A stretch of 64,000 nucleotides of DNA from Leptospiraceae bacterium (GCA_040217195.1 JAVJNR010000009.1:96001-160000), one strand, 5' to 3'; counted from the first letter of the stretch, positions 41,619 to 53,069 are shown. Numbers and translations are program-made. Notes: generated from the letters alone by a model not told the origin.

Positions 41619-42533
41619 ATGCACGAGCTGGATGCGATTCAGTTAAATTTCAGTAAAGATAGCTTATTTTTATTAAACATAATTCTGGGCCTGGTCATGT
41701 TTGGCGTGGCCCTGGATCTTACCGTTCATGACTTCAAACGATTATTGAGAGCCCCTCTGGCGCCCATTATCGGTCTTGTAAGCCAGTTCATTATTCTACC
41801 GGCCCTGTCCTTTGGACTCATCCAGATTCTGGATCTCAGGCCATCCCTGGCTCTGGGGGTGCTTCTGGTCGCGGCCTGTCCCGGTGGGAACATTTCCAAT
41901 TTCATTGCGCACCTGGCCAAAGGCTCAACAGCACTATCCGTCAGTATGACTGCACTTTCCACAGCTGCAGCCATTGTCATGACTCCTTTCAATATCACAT
42001 TCTGGGCCAGTTTGAACCCCGGCACCCGGCAACTACTCACCGATCTGAGTGTGGATCCGCTGGAATTGTTTGGCACGGTGGTCATGCTTCTGGGAATACC
42101 TCTGGTGCTTGGCATGTGGATTCATCATAAGTATCCAAAGACAGCTCATAAACTAAGAAAGCCCTTTCGCATCTTTTCACTTATCTTCTTTGGTGGCTTT
42201 GTTCTGGCAGCCCTGGGTGCGAACTGGACTCACTTCCTGAAATACATAGGTGCGGTATTTGGTCTGGTACTTGTGCACAATGCTCTGGCCATCGCCATGG
42301 GCTATACAGCCAGTTTTCTGGCTCGTCTGGAAGAACAGGATCGCAGAGCTGTTAGCATTGAGGTAGGTATTCAGAACTCCGGTCTGGGACTGACCCTGAT
42401 CTTCACTTTCTTTAATGGAAATGGAGGGATGGCTCTGGTGGCTGCCTGGTGGGGTATCTGGCATATCATCGCAGGGATGAGTCTTGCATTGTTCTGGTCC
42501 AGGTTTCCGCCTAAAGGACAAAGCGTCAATTGA
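41619..42533 (+). CDS. Bile acid:sodium symporter family transporter
   Basis: ACPGGNISN, IEVGIQNSGL. Confidence 0.92.
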   Translation: MHELDAIQLNFSKDSLFLLNIILGLVMFGVALDLTVHDFKRLLRAPLAPIIGLVSQFIILPALSFGLIQILDLRPSLALGVLLVAACPGGNISNFIAHLAKGSTALSVSMTALSTAAAIVMTPFNITFWASLNPGTRQLLTDLSVDPLELFGTVVMLLGIPLVLGMWIHHKYPKTAHKLRKPFRIFSLIFFGGFVLAALGANWTHFLKYIGAVFGLVLVHNALAIAMGYTASFLARLEEQDRRAVSIEVGIQNSGLGLTLIFTFFNGNGGMALVAAWWGIWHIIAGMSLALFWSRFPPKGQSVN

Positions 42534-43327
42534 TGGATCAGGCCCAGATCATTACCGCCCTGATTGTCGTAGCGCTGATCGGGCCGGGTATTACTATCGC
42601 AGGAATTACAGGTTTTGGCGGTATGGTAATTACCCTGGCCGCAGGAAGCTTATTCTTTGCCCTGGATCAAATATCCGCCGCAGCATTGATGGCCAACCTG
42701 ATTGTCAGCGCCTATGTTCTGGGAAGCGATCTACATCATGTGAACCGGCCCGTAATATTCCGTTTAATCGTTCCTATCATGATTCCGGGAGTTCTTGCAG
42801 GCGTGTTCTTGCGAGAGTTGTTGATCCCGTTGCCTGCCATGCTGGGTATCTTCTTGCTTCTAATCGTTCCCTATCGCTTTTATCGAGAGCGACAGAGTCT
42901 TGCCTCGGGTAAAGAGCAAGCCCCGGATGACAGAAGTATGCATGAAAGAGGGCATCATGCGGCCCGCAGCCTGGCAGGTCGCCTCTGGACTGCATCAGCA
43001 GGATTTGTACAGGGATGGATGAACACCGGAGGACCTCTTCTGGTGTATGGCCTGGCTCGAGCCGGTCTATCCCCTCGGTCCTTTCGCGCAACCCTGATGG
43101 CTATATGGACCGTGATCAATACTGGAATCATGATAAGTCATGTAATCTCTGGAGAATTCGCCAGGCCACAGCTTAACCAGATGGCATTTGTGATTCCCAC
43201 GCTACCAATCTTCTATAGTATTGGAAACTACCTGCATCATCGCATTCCCACCCGGCAGTTTAATTCTGTAATCTACGGATTGCTTACATTGATGGGATTA
43301 TTTCTGGTGATTCGTTCCGTTACCTGA
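42530..43327 (+). CDS. TauE/SafE (sulfite exporter) family membrane protein
   Basis: AGITGFGG, G..NTGGP, FRATL. Confidence 0.8.
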   Translation: MMDQAQIITALIVVALIGPGITIAGITGFGGMVITLAAGSLFFALDQISAAALMANLIVSAYVLGSDLHHVNRPVIFRLIVPIMIPGVLAGVFLRELLIPLPAMLGIFLLLIVPYRFYRERQSLASGKEQAPDDRSMHERGHHAARSLAGRLWTASAGFVQGWMNTGGPLLVYGLARAGLSPRSFRATLMAIWTVINTGIMISHVISGEFARPQLNQMAFVIPTLPIFYSIGNYLHHRIPTRQFNSVIYGLLTLMGLFLVIRSVT

Positions 43328-43490
43328 ACCACTGCAAAATCCCCGGTCCGATAGCCTTGGCCTCAACATACGCTCTGCATCTCTACTGCTTGGAGAGGTT
43401 CGGGGATTTCCTGATTACAGATTTCCAGCGATTGCCCGGCTACAGGTGCTGAAGCTTTAAAACCTGGTTCCCGCCGATGAAACCATGGGC

Positions 43491-44729
43491 CTAGCTAAAT
43501 TGCACGGACCAGACCCGTTGCAGGCCATGCTTGCCCTTTAATTCAACAGGCTCTAGTTCTTTAAAATCGTACTTGGAGCGAACTTCCCCCGTTAGCCCAT
43601 CTACAAGGTCTGTATTTACCAGAACCTGACCTGGTTTGGCAATACTCTCCAGGCGGGCAGCCACATTCACAATGTCACCAATGGCGGTGTAGGACAATTT
43701 CTGAAAGGAGCCTACATTACCCAGAGTCACATTACCGGAAGCCACACCAACGCCCATTCGCGGCGAAATTCCATACGATTGCTTCCAGTTCTGGCTCCAT
43801 AAATCGAAGATGCTCTGCATCTCCACTGCAGCCTGCACTGCATTATCCCGATGCTCCGGGTTATACACCGGCGCTCCGAACAGACACATAATTGCATCGC
43901 CAATGTATTTATCGATCAATCCTTCGTAGCCCAGTAATACCTCTGTCATGGAGGTAAAGTATTCATTCAAAAAACTAATTACTTTCTCTGCATCCAGCTC
44001 CTCGGCCATGGTAGTATATCCCCGGATATCAGCAAAAAGCACAGACACCTCCTGCTCCACCCCTTTCTGTTCCAGGGCAATGTCTCCTTTCATGATTCCC
44101 TGAACAATGGCCGGATCCACATACATACCAAACACCGACTGGATTTTCTTTTTTTCTTCCTCCAGTTTGTTGCGGGATTCATATTCCTTTTCAAGCTCCC
44201 TTCGCATCTCAGAAACAAGATCATTCAGATCTTTGATCTCAGACTGGGACGTTCCATGGGCCGATTGGAAACGATGAAGTGCATCATCGATCTGCCTGTA
44301 CAATAGCTTGGTGCGAAACTGCATTCGGAAGAGATTCTTTAATCGATATTGAAGCAAATAGGCATTGGTTCCTTTCTTGGGAAAGAACTCCGCAACCCCG
44401 GCCCGAAAAGCATAGACTGCAAACATATCCTCTTTTAGATCCGAGTACACCACTACCGGACTGTCAGCTGCCCCCGGTTCTTCCATCAATCGATCGATAA
44501 ATACAGTGGGATCCCCCTGGCCAGGCAATACCACTTCGGTGAACAGCACATCCACTCGGTCCGAGTTCAGCTCCTCTATGGCCTCTTCTACACTGCTGGT
44601 CCAGCGAGCGGACACATAGTCTCCAAACCAGTAGGTCAAGAATCCTGCAAGTGTATCAAAGGCAGACTGATCGGGATCCAGGTGAAGAACCCGAACACCT
44701 TCATCAAGCGAGGAATCAATGGAAGACAC
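43491..44729 (-). CDS. Receiver-like domain / coiled coil / class III adenylate cyclase
   Basis: LFADIRGYT, DKYIGDAIM, YTAIGDIVNVAARLES, with an N-terminal REC-like fold. Confidence 0.88.
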   Translation of the reverse strand: MSSIDSSLDEGVRVLHLDPDQSAFDTLAGFLTYWFGDYVSARWTSSVEEAIEELNSDRVDVLFTEVVLPGQGDPTVFIDRLMEEPGAADSPVVVYSDLKEDMFAVYAFRAGVAEFFPKKGTNAYLLQYRLKNLFRMQFRTKLLYRQIDDALHRFQSAHGTSQSEIKDLNDLVSEMRRELEKEYESRNKLEEEKKKIQSVFGMYVDPAIVQGIMKGDIALEQKGVEQEVSVLFADIRGYTTMAEELDAEKVISFLNEYFTSMTEVLLGYEGLIDKYIGDAIMCLFGAPVYNPEHRDNAVQAAVEMQSIFDLWSQNWKQSYGISPRMGVGVASGNVTLGNVGSFQKLSYTAIGDIVNVAARLESIAKPGQVLVNTDLVDGLTGEVRSKYDFKELEPVELKGKHGLQRVWSVQFS

Positions 44730-44807
44730 AGTGCAATCCGCCTTTTAATCCAACCACATTCAACCTATTTTTACTTGCCTGGAGGCAGTATTGAGGCTTC
44801 CTGCGGT

Positions 44808-45749
44808 ATGATTCAAAACTTTGACCAGGTACTGGACAAGATCCATGATTACCCCGTACAACGTATTGCTGTGGCCAACGGAGTGGACCCGGCTACACTG
44901 AATGCAGTTTGCGAAGCCCGGGACAAGTCCATAGCAGAAGCAGCGCTCTTTGGTGATGAATCCCTGATCAGAGAAAATGCCCAGAAGCAGGGCCTGGATC
45001 TGAAAGGAATCGAAATATTCGATCATAAAGAACCCATCCATGCAGCCAATGCTGCGGTACAATCTGTAAGCGAAGGCAAATGCACCATTTATATGAAAGG
45101 ATATATCCATAGCGATGACTTTCTGCGAACCGTCATTGCCAGAGATGGCGGACTCCGTACCGACAACATATTGAATCATGTATTTATCCTGGAGGCCAAA
45201 CATCTGGGAAGATTGCTTTTTATTACCGATGGGGCCATGAATATTAAACCGGACCTGGAGCAAAAGGCCCGTATTATTGCAAATACGATAGCCCTGGCCC
45301 AGACCTTTGACATCCAGAAGCCAAAGGTAGCTGTACTAAGTGCCGTTGAAGTTATTGCACCGAAAATTGAATCAACTCTAGAAGCCGCTGCGCTTGCAAA
45401 AATGGGCGATCGAAACCAATTCCATGGGGGTCTGGTGGACGGCCCTTTCGCCCTGGACAATGCCATAAGCGAAGAAGCAGCCGCCTATAAAAAGATTGGT
45501 GGTGAGGTAGCAGGCAAAGCAGATATACTTCTGGTGCCGGACATTGTAACCGGAAATGCACTGGCTAAAAGCTTCGCCCATATCACCGGAGGAACTTCTG
45601 CAGGGCTAATTTATGGCGCCTCTGCACCAGTGGTTCTGCCCAGCCGATCAGATCCAGAGCGATGCAAGCTAATGGGTATTGCCTGCGCCGTATATGTTGC
45701 AGGAGCCCAGGCACAAAAACGAGTCAAAATCGGAAAAGTGCACTTCTAA
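44808..45749 (+). CDS. Phosphate butyryl/acetyltransferase family
   Basis: ITDGAMNIKP, KVAVLSAVE, VDGPFALDNA, LPSRSD. Start taken at ATG 44808. Confidence 0.9.
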   Translation: MIQNFDQVLDKIHDYPVQRIAVANGVDPATLNAVCEARDKSIAEAALFGDESLIRENAQKQGLDLKGIEIFDHKEPIHAANAAVQSVSEGKCTIYMKGYIHSDDFLRTVIARDGGLRTDNILNHVFILEAKHLGRLLFITDGAMNIKPDLEQKARIIANTIALAQTFDIQKPKVAVLSAVEVIAPKIESTLEAAALAKMGDRNQFHGGLVDGPFALDNAISEEAAAYKKIGGEVAGKADILLVPDIVTGNALAKSFAHITGGTSAGLIYGASAPVVLPSRSDPERCKLMGIACAVYVAGAQAQKRVKIGKVHF

Positions 45750-45847
45750 TTTTCGATTCTTTGCTTTGAGTATCAGGTTCCTTCGCATTTTGGCAGCTCG
45801 ATGCAGATCCGAAATTCTAAGCGCAACCAGTTTCCCCGGAGTCCTAA

Positions 45848-47065
45848 ATGAAAAATGAAATCCTTGTATGCAACTCAGGATCTTCTTCCTTGAAGCTGGA
45901 TGTGTTTCGATCCGGCGAATCTCTGGAATACCTGGCCAGCGCTTCCGTGGATCGAATCGGACAGAAACAAGGAGCTACCAGTACACTGGAAGTTGAAATT
46001 CCAGACCAGGATACGTACCAGGAAGAAGACCAATTCGAGGATCATCGCAGCGCCCTTCTAAGAATCTCTGCCATTCTAGAAAAGGAAGGTGTATTTCTGG
46101 AAAATCATCGCATGGCTGTGGGCCATCGAGTGGTGCATGGGGGGCCGGGCATCACCAGACCAGTAATCATTGACAAGGATATAGAGCAAACCATCGAAGA
46201 ATGTGCGCTCTATGCACCACTGCATAATCCGGCCAACTTGAATGGTATCAAGGTGGCCCGGGAACTATTTCAATGCCCTCAGGTGGCTGTATTCGACACG
46301 GCTTTTCATGCGAAAATGCCTGCTCCGGCCAGAACCTATGCCATCCCTCTAGATCTGGCAACAAAACATGGAATTCAAAGATATGGATTTCATGGCACCT
46401 CTCATGGCTATGTGGCAGAAATCGCAGCCCGGAACTTGAACCGAGCAGCCCAGGATGTAAATCTAATCACACTTCATCTTGGAAATGGGGCCAGCGCCTG
46501 TGCAATACACAATGGAATCAGCATCGATACAAGTATGGGATTCACTCCCCTGGAAGGGCTGATCATGGGCACCCGCTCCGGAGATCTTGACCCGGCCATT
46601 GTGGCCTATCTCCAGGAAAAGGAGCAGCTAATTTTCCAGGAAGTGGACACACTACTGAATCGTCAGTCCGGCCTTCTGGGACTGGGAGGAGCTTCGGACA
46701 TGCGCGATCTACTGGAAAAAGAAAAACAGGGAGATCAAAACGCAGCGCTGGCGGTAGATGCATTTTGTTATCGTGTGCGAAAGTACATCGGCGCCTATTT
46801 TGCAGCCATAGGAGATCCTGTGGATGCAATCGTTTTTACGGCAGGCATAGGCGAAAACTCACCTGTTATTCGAGAACGGATCATGAAGAATCTTTTTGCC
46901 GATCGTATATACTTTGACCGGGAACTAAATGAGAGATCCCTGGAAAGCAGAGAGGGAAACCTGCTCACAAAAGAACATAGCCCGGTGGCAGTCTATGCGA
47001 TTCCCACAGATGAAGAGTGGATGATTGCAAGGCTTGCCCGGGATTTGCTTTTAAGTGCGGATTAA
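45848..47065 (+). CDS. ackA: Acetate kinase
   Basis: NSGSSSLK, GHRVVHGG, APLHNP, YGFHGTSH, HLGNGAS, FTAGIGEN. Confidence 0.96.
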   Translation: MKNEILVCNSGSSSLKLDVFRSGESLEYLASASVDRIGQKQGATSTLEVEIPDQDTYQEEDQFEDHRSALLRISAILEKEGVFLENHRMAVGHRVVHGGPGITRPVIIDKDIEQTIEECALYAPLHNPANLNGIKVARELFQCPQVAVFDTAFHAKMPAPARTYAIPLDLATKHGIQRYGFHGTSHGYVAEIAARNLNRAAQDVNLITLHLGNGASACAIHNGISIDTSMGFTPLEGLIMGTRSGDLDPAIVAYLQEKEQLIFQEVDTLLNRQSGLLGLGGASDMRDLLEKEKQGDQNAALAVDAFCYRVRKYIGAYFAAIGDPVDAIVFTAGIGENSPVIRERIMKNLFADRIYFDRELNERSLESREGNLLTKEHSPVAVYAIPTDEEWMIARLARDLLLSAD

Positions 47066-47262
47066 TCGCAGGCAGAAGTCATAATCCGATTTTGTGCCAT
47101 CCTGAACCAAAACGAAAGTTAGGCAGGTTCAGCTCTGAACCTCCAGGCAGGCCGAAAATAGAGTTCAGCAGATTTCTGGCTACGCAAGGAGACCCCGATC
47201 GCAGGTAGCGGAGCGTCATTCTGACTTTCCCCGGAAACAGTCAAATTCTCCTGTTCCGGCCA

Positions 47263-47928
47263 CTACTCAGTGGAAAACCGGATCGTTCGGTAGAACTGTA
47301 AAACCCCATTTCGGGTACCGGAGATGATTTCCTGATCCGTCAGAGGCTCAGGCGAAAGCCGTAGAGGAGACATTCGGTAGTGAATCATAAATATCATGTC
47401 TTTCAATTGGAAGCAAAGTATACCCCAATGAGCCTTTCCTATCCCTCCGCCTGCTTTGCGAATGGCACCGTCCGGAGCCTCAAAGACTACCAGATGCATT
47501 TCATGCCCATCTTCTACCAGGCTCTCTGTGCCAACCACTCTGGAATTCCTCATGGTTTTTAGAATACTGGCAGTGAACCACTCCCGGGCCAGCTTTTCCA
47601 ATTTTTCTTTCTGGCTGAGGCCTCCATAGCCCGGCGCAATGGAAAAGTCAATTGTACGATAATCAATGCGATAATAAGCAGGTCCATCGTCCTTGAACGT
47701 AACGCTCCGATCTCCTTGCGTGTAATGACCATTGTAAAGTCCCCGGGGGGCAGGCACCGAGTAGACCCCTCCTGGATCCCGGTAATACTCACCGGATTTA
47801 ATGGCACCACTGCCAGTGGCGCAACTACCAGCTGCCAGGCCAGTGAAGATTAGAACTAGAAATCGGGCCCTGCGATAAAATAGACTCTCCTTCCGCACTG
47901 AAATCTGCCTTGAACCATAATCTTTCAT
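47263..47928 (-). CDS. Hypothetical lipoprotein
   Basis: Hydrophobic leader ending AGSC. Confidence 0.6.
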   Translation of the reverse strand: MKDYGSRQISVRKESLFYRRARFLVLIFTGLAAGSCATGSGAIKSGEYYRDPGGVYSVPAPRGLYNGHYTQGDRSVTFKDDGPAYYRIDYRTIDFSIAPGYGGLSQKEKLEKLAREWFTASILKTMRNSRVVGTESLVEDGHEMHLVVFEAPDGAIRKAGGGIGKAHWGILCFQLKDMIFMIHYRMSPLRLSPEPLTDQEIISGTRNGVLQFYRTIRFSTE

Positions 47929-48179
47929 AACGCTGTAATTTTATCTCCTATAGATTTCCTGAAGTATGAAACCCCTCCGGGCACGGACCGGAATTAAAAT
48001 AGCCCCTGCAGGCAGGTCAAATGAATATCCAGAGTTTCGCCTGTACTTTTGCAAAACAGGGTTGCGAATTATAATCTGGGTCGCCCATCCATGGTCTGAC
48101 TCATATGCGACTTCATCTTTTCATCATGTATTAAGAAAAGGGCAATTGGCACCATTCCAGTGGCTGCAAGAATGGACTC

Positions 48180-48788
48180 ATGAGAACCATTCTCCAGCTG
48201 GCGTCCGCCTCCCCTCGCCGAAAACAGATTCTGGAAAATCTGAAGCTCAGATTTGAAGTCCATCCAGTGGATGCAGATGAAAGCCTGGATCCGGCTCTTA
48301 ACAGTCATCCAGCACTTTACATTGCGCAAAGAAAAGCGAAACAGGCTCATGCGCAGCATAGGGGGAAATGGATTCTGACCTGCGATACGGTAGTAGAAAC
48401 AGAAAATACCAATGGCCCGGTCTATCTGGGAAAAGCCAGGAATCGAAACGAGGCTCAATCCATGCTCGAAGCTCTGTCTGGACGCAAACACCTGGTTCGC
48501 ACCGGACATTGTCTGGTTACTCCAGAAGGACAGTTTCACACTGCACTTCCAGAAACCAGGGTTCAATTCCGGGAACTGGATGATCGATTATTGGACTGGT
48601 ATCTGGATTCCAACGAATGGACCGATAAAGCAGGGGCCTATGGCATTCAGGACCAGGGTGCATTGCTCATCGAATCCATTGAAGGTGATTACCTGAACGT
48701 TGTTGGCCTTTCGCTCATCGCCCTGTATGGACTCTGCAAGGAAGCTGGCATAAACCTCCTGGATTTCACAAAAGACCTGAACCGTTGA
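48180..48788 (+). CDS. maf: Maf-family nucleoside triphosphate pyrophosphatase
   Basis: LASASPRR, CDTVV, DKAGAYGIQ, NVVGL. Confidence 0.93.
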   Translation: MRTILQLASASPRRKQILENLKLRFEVHPVDADESLDPALNSHPALYIAQRKAKQAHAQHRGKWILTCDTVVETENTNGPVYLGKARNRNEAQSMLEALSGRKHLVRTGHCLVTPEGQFHTALPETRVQFRELDDRLLDWYLDSNEWTDKAGAYGIQDQGALLIESIEGDYLNVVGLSLIALYGLCKEAGINLLDFTKDLNR

Positions 48789-48877
48789 AACCATTGCTCC
48801 AGTCTTCCAGGACCCCGCCCAGTAGGCTGTACCGGGCGGCTTCCTATCCCGGGTCCCGGGCTCGCTTCCAGGTATGA

Positions 48878-49453
48878 TTAATTTCCGTTCGAACGAATTA
48901 GATCGAAGAATTCCTGGCGAGTTCTGGGATCCTCTCGAAAAGAGCCCAGCAATGTTGAGCTAGTCATTATGGAATGTTGCTTTTCCACACCACGACAGGT
49001 CATACACATATGACGAGCCTCAATAACGACTCCCACTCCGGCTGGCCTGAGCTCCTCATAGATTGCATTTGCTATTTGATGGCAGAGCTCTTCCTGGATT
49101 TGCAGTCTTCTAGCGTACACTTCCATGACCCGGGCCAGCTTGCTAATGCCCAGAACCTTCCCTTTGGGGATATAGCCTATATGACATTTGCCGGTAAACG
49201 GCAGCATATGATGCTCGCACATGGAATACAGCTCAATATTCGAAAGCACTACCATCTCTTCCGTGCTCGAAGTGAAGGTCTTTCCCAGGATCTCTTTGAA
49301 ATCCTTCTTATATCCGCTGTATATATGATCGTAGGATCGCACCACTCGATCCGGGGTTTCCAGCAATCCTTCCCGTTCGGGGTCGTCTCCAATATATCTT
49401 AAGAGGGTTCGAACCGCTTCCAGCGCCTGCTCTCTACTAACTTCCTGGCTCAA
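48878..49453 (-). CDS. folE: GTP cyclohydrolase I
   Basis: [35 protein letters not shown]. Confidence 0.97.
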   Translation of the reverse strand: MSQEVSREQALEAVRTLLRYIGDDPEREGLLETPDRVVRSYDHIYSGYKKDFKEILGKTFTSSTEEMVVLSNIELYSMCEHHMLPFTGKCHIGYIPKGKVLGISKLARVMEVYARRLQIQEELCHQIANAIYEELRPAGVGVVIEARHMCMTCRGVEKQHSIMTSSTLLGSFREDPRTRQEFFDLIRSNGN

Positions 49454-49615
49454 ATGGTAACTCCTGTGTCTTCAGAGACAAGACACAAGAACAGTAGGTT
49501 AACGATTACAGACCAGAGTTTTTTTTCCGCCCACCCGGAGCCAGGCAAAGGTCCGGTGCCGAACTTCGATATAGAAAGTCTGGCCCCGAAACAGGCCGCT
49601 CAAATCCTGACCTGA

Positions 49616-50347
49616 ATGGATATACGTAATGTAATTATTGAAACCTTTGAAACCGGAGCCGCCGGTTCAGTCATCATCTCCGCCGGCAATACCCGGGTTC
49701 TTTGCACAGCCTCCCTCTCTACAGATCTACCAGGATGGCTTGCGGCTAAAGAGCCTCCGTCGGGCTGGATCAGCGCTGAGTACAATATGCTTCCAGGCTC
49801 TACTTCGCCGAGAAAAAAAAGAGGAACGGATGGCCGTAGCACGGAAATTCAAAGATTGATCGGTCGATCCCTTCGCGCCATGGTAGAGTTAACTTCTATT
49901 CCAGGACTGAGCATCATCTGCGACTGCGAAGTTCTTCAGGCCGATGGAGGAACGCGAACGGCCGCCATATCCGGTGCATCCGTAAGTCTGATGCTTGCCC
50001 TGGGCACGGCTCTGGATCAAGGAAAACTGGCAGCACCCCCCACAGACCGTCTACCCATCGAACTGGTCACTGCCATCAGCGCCGGTGTGGTGGATGGAAA
50101 ATGCGTGGTGGATCTGGACTATGACAGAGACAGCCGAGCGGATGTAGATCTTAACGCTGTTCAAAATCAGAAGAAGGAATGGATTGAACTTCAGGGCACC
50201 GGCGAACGTGCCGGATTTAATAAATCTCAGCTAGATGAGATTCTGGAACTATGCGATAGTGCCATGGATGACATACGAAATCGACAACTGGAATTCTTGA
50301 AAAAAAATCTATCCCCGAAGTCAGCGGCCATTCTTCTGGGTGCCTAA
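49616..50347 (+). CDS. rph: Ribonuclease PH
   Basis: AEYNMLP, GRSTEIQRLIGRSLRA, QADGGTRTA, QGTGE. Confidence 0.95.
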   Translation: MDIRNVIIETFETGAAGSVIISAGNTRVLCTASLSTDLPGWLAAKEPPSGWISAEYNMLPGSTSPRKKRGTDGRSTEIQRLIGRSLRAMVELTSIPGLSIICDCEVLQADGGTRTAAISGASVSLMLALGTALDQGKLAAPPTDRLPIELVTAISAGVVDGKCVVDLDYDRDSRADVDLNAVQNQKKEWIELQGTGERAGFNKSQLDEILELCDSAMDDIRNRQLEFLKKNLSPKSAAILLGA

Positions 50348-50426
50348 AGAATTGAATATTTTGCTTTTCCATGTGCTCCAGTTCTGATATACCAGCGTAA
50401 AGCCTTTTCTAGAGCTGGAGCATTCA

Positions 50427-52079
50427 ATGATTCGCACCTATGCCCGTTTTACAATCCTGGCACTGACCTCCATCGCATTACTACTTCCTTACAATCCCGT
50501 GACGGCTGAGCAGTGGGAGTCTACCACCTGGCTGGATGGGCTCACTCTATTTGGGATGGCACGATTGAGGCCAGAGTTTCGCGCCAACGGTGATTTTAAT
50601 CGAAACACCGACGACACAGATGAATTTGTGGCCAGCAAGATTCAATTTGGAATCCAAAAGAAATTCACAGAAGACACTTCCATAGTTCTTCGATTGCAGG
50701 ACTCCAGGCTCTGGGGCGGAAGCCCTGGATCGGATACCGGTTTTTCCACCGCAAACGATGCCACGGGAGAGTCACTGGATCTTCGGGAAGGCTACATTAA
50801 ATCCGATAACCTGCTGGGCCCACTGGGCATTACTGCAGGCCGTCAAATTCTTGAATATGGAGGCGGTCGACAGATCGGAGCAACCGACTGGAACAATGTA
50901 GGACGAAGCTTTGATGCTCTGGAGTTTCACTGGGATCTGGGCTTCTGGAATGCCTCCCTTCTGGGAGCAGTGCTTGCTGAAGAAGACAATAATGGCGGCG
51001 GCAACTCCACGGATGTAGGGCGATCCAATGCATCCGACTTTACCTTTAACTGTGATGCCACCACCGGAGCCTGCACCGTTCAGGCCAATACGGCCCGGGA
51101 AATGGACGATGCGTACATGGCTGTATTCTACAATGAGCTCAAATTTCATCCCCAATTTCAGGTGGAGCCCTATTACATTGGAGTGTACAAGAAATGGATT
51201 CCTGCTACCACTTCCCCGTTTCCCGGGCTTCCGGTGCCGCCCAGGCAAAGAGATAGGCAACGAGATAATCTACATACCCTGGGGATTCGATTCACAAACA
51301 AGACTGTGAACGGAAAGAGTGCTTCGGATTTCATTGATTACTCTTTTGAATTCGCCTATCAGACCGGATTCAACGGTCAGAGAGTGCAATCCGGATGGGA
51401 CATTTTGAATCAGACAGACCCTAACGGAAATCCCATCTACACAGACAGACAATACTACGATGCGTATGCTGCCTATGGGGAAATAGGCATCATTCCAGTG
51501 GACTTTATGCGAATCGCTGTAGCAGCTGATCTGGCATCCGGCGATCCAGACCGTACGGATGCAGCTGTGGCCACCTACCAGCAACTATTTCCCACCAATC
51601 ATGGAGCTATGGGTGACATGGACCTGGTGGGCTCTCGCAACCTGGTAGGCCGGGCTTTAAAGCTGGGTTTTGCTCTGGGTAAATTCGGCAACCTGCAGCT
51701 AGCCTACTGGCATTTTAAGAAGCATAAAGCGCAAGACAGCCTCTATGGGAATGGAGGCGAAGTCCTAAGAGACCTGGATGGGGAGCTTCTGAGCACAGAA
51801 ACACAGTCCAATGCCCGCTATATGGAAGTCCTGGACTCCAGTGGGAAAATTGCCGAGCACAATGTATCTCAGCTTGGCACCCAGCTCTTCCATGAATACA
51901 ATTTAATCTATTCATTCAAAGCCAATGGATTGAAGTTTAATATGGGCTATGGTCAGGCCCATGCCCTGGATGCAGTGAGACATGCGGTGGATGAAACCCA
52001 TGTTCGCCCGGATCTCAGAAGTCCTGCATTTGACCCGAGAAGCGACTGGGCTTATTTCATGTTAACAGCCGAGTTTTAG
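50427..52079 (+). CDS. Alginate-export-family outer membrane beta-barrel
   Basis: Signal peptide, LQDSRLWG, GRQIL.YG..RQIG..DWNNVGRSFD, ASGD, LFPTNH, terminal Phe. Confidence 0.82.
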   Translation: MIRTYARFTILALTSIALLLPYNPVTAEQWESTTWLDGLTLFGMARLRPEFRANGDFNRNTDDTDEFVASKIQFGIQKKFTEDTSIVLRLQDSRLWGGSPGSDTGFSTANDATGESLDLREGYIKSDNLLGPLGITAGRQILEYGGGRQIGATDWNNVGRSFDALEFHWDLGFWNASLLGAVLAEEDNNGGGNSTDVGRSNASDFTFNCDATTGACTVQANTAREMDDAYMAVFYNELKFHPQFQVEPYYIGVYKKWIPATTSPFPGLPVPPRQRDRQRDNLHTLGIRFTNKTVNGKSASDFIDYSFEFAYQTGFNGQRVQSGWDILNQTDPNGNPIYTDRQYYDAYAAYGEIGIIPVDFMRIAVAADLASGDPDRTDAAVATYQQLFPTNHGAMGDMDLVGSRNLVGRALKLGFALGKFGNLQLAYWHFKKHKAQDSLYGNGGEVLRDLDGELLSTETQSNARYMEVLDSSGKIAEHNVSQLGTQLFHEYNLIYSFKANGLKFNMGYGQAHALDAVRHAVDETHVRPDLRSPAFDPRSDWAYFMLTAEF

Positions 52080-52083
52080 AATT

Positions 52084-52968
52084 CTAACCCAGGCTTTCGC
52101 TCAGAGCTCGGAGCTTATCTGCTACGGCCGGGTCATTGGACGCCGGCAATGGATTCTTCCTTTTTTTACCATGAAAATAGGTTCCGGACGGTCCTGGATC
52201 AGGTAGAGTGGCCAGTTGCACCAGAGGAATGGCTGCTTTCTTCGCAGACTTGCTAATCATACCCCAGAGAACATGGACTACTCCTGGATAATCCCGGACC
52301 AGGCCTGTATTTACAACTCCAGGATGGAATGCATAAACAGATACATTCTTACTCTCCAGCCTGCGAAACAGATCCATAGTGTAGATTACATTGCAAAGCT
52401 TGCTATCGTTGTAAGCTTGAAAACCGCTGTATTTTTCCTTTCGATTCAGGGCTTCGCCGCCGGCCAGAAAATCAGTTTTGCCGCGATAATGCAAAGCGGA
52501 GGCAACATTAATGATTCTGGAAGGAGCATTCTTCTGGAGTATGTCGGTCAAAGCTTCAGTTAACCAGAAGGGCCCCAGGTGATTCACTGCAAAAGTGGCT
52601 TCAATACCATCGGCACTCTCTTTTCGATCCGGATGGTTAACGCCTGCATTGTTGATGAGTAAATCCAGGCCTTTATGTCTTTTCTTGAAGTTCTTAACAA
52701 ATTCCTGAATCGATTTCTTTGAGCCCAGATCCAGTTCGTATAATTCCACCCGGCTTCGACCGGACTTCATCTGGATTTCTCGCTGCACTGCCTGCCCGCG
52801 CGAAATGTCTCGAGCTGTGATCACGACCTGGGCGCCCAGTTCAAGCATTTGAATGGCCGCCTCCTTACCAATCCCGGATGTTGCACCGGTGATAAGGCAT
52901 AGTTTGCCCTGAATATGTTCTTTCTGCAGGTTTTTAAGTAAGGAATCGTCCTTTCGCGCCATAAGCAA
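52084..52968 (-). CDS. Short-chain dehydrogenase (retinol dehydrogenase-like)
   Basis: TGATSGIG, NNAG, NHLGPF, YNDSK. Confidence 0.92.
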   Translation of the reverse strand: MLMARKDDSLLKNLQKEHIQGKLCLITGATSGIGKEAAIQMLELGAQVVITARDISRGQAVQREIQMKSGRSRVELYELDLGSKKSIQEFVKNFKKRHKGLDLLINNAGVNHPDRKESADGIEATFAVNHLGPFWLTEALTDILQKNAPSRIINVASALHYRGKTDFLAGGEALNRKEKYSGFQAYNDSKLCNVIYTMDLFRRLESKNVSVYAFHPGVVNTGLVRDYPGVVHVLWGMISKSAKKAAIPLVQLATLPDPGPSGTYFHGKKRKNPLPASNDPAVADKLRALSESLG

Positions 52969-53069
52969 ATGCCATGGGCTGCGGCGCTGTTGTCAAGCCT
53001 GGAGCAGAATTCCTTGAAGGCCGGAAAACTCCCGAAAAAGTTCCGGCCTTCCTGGCAGCACTGATTGGA

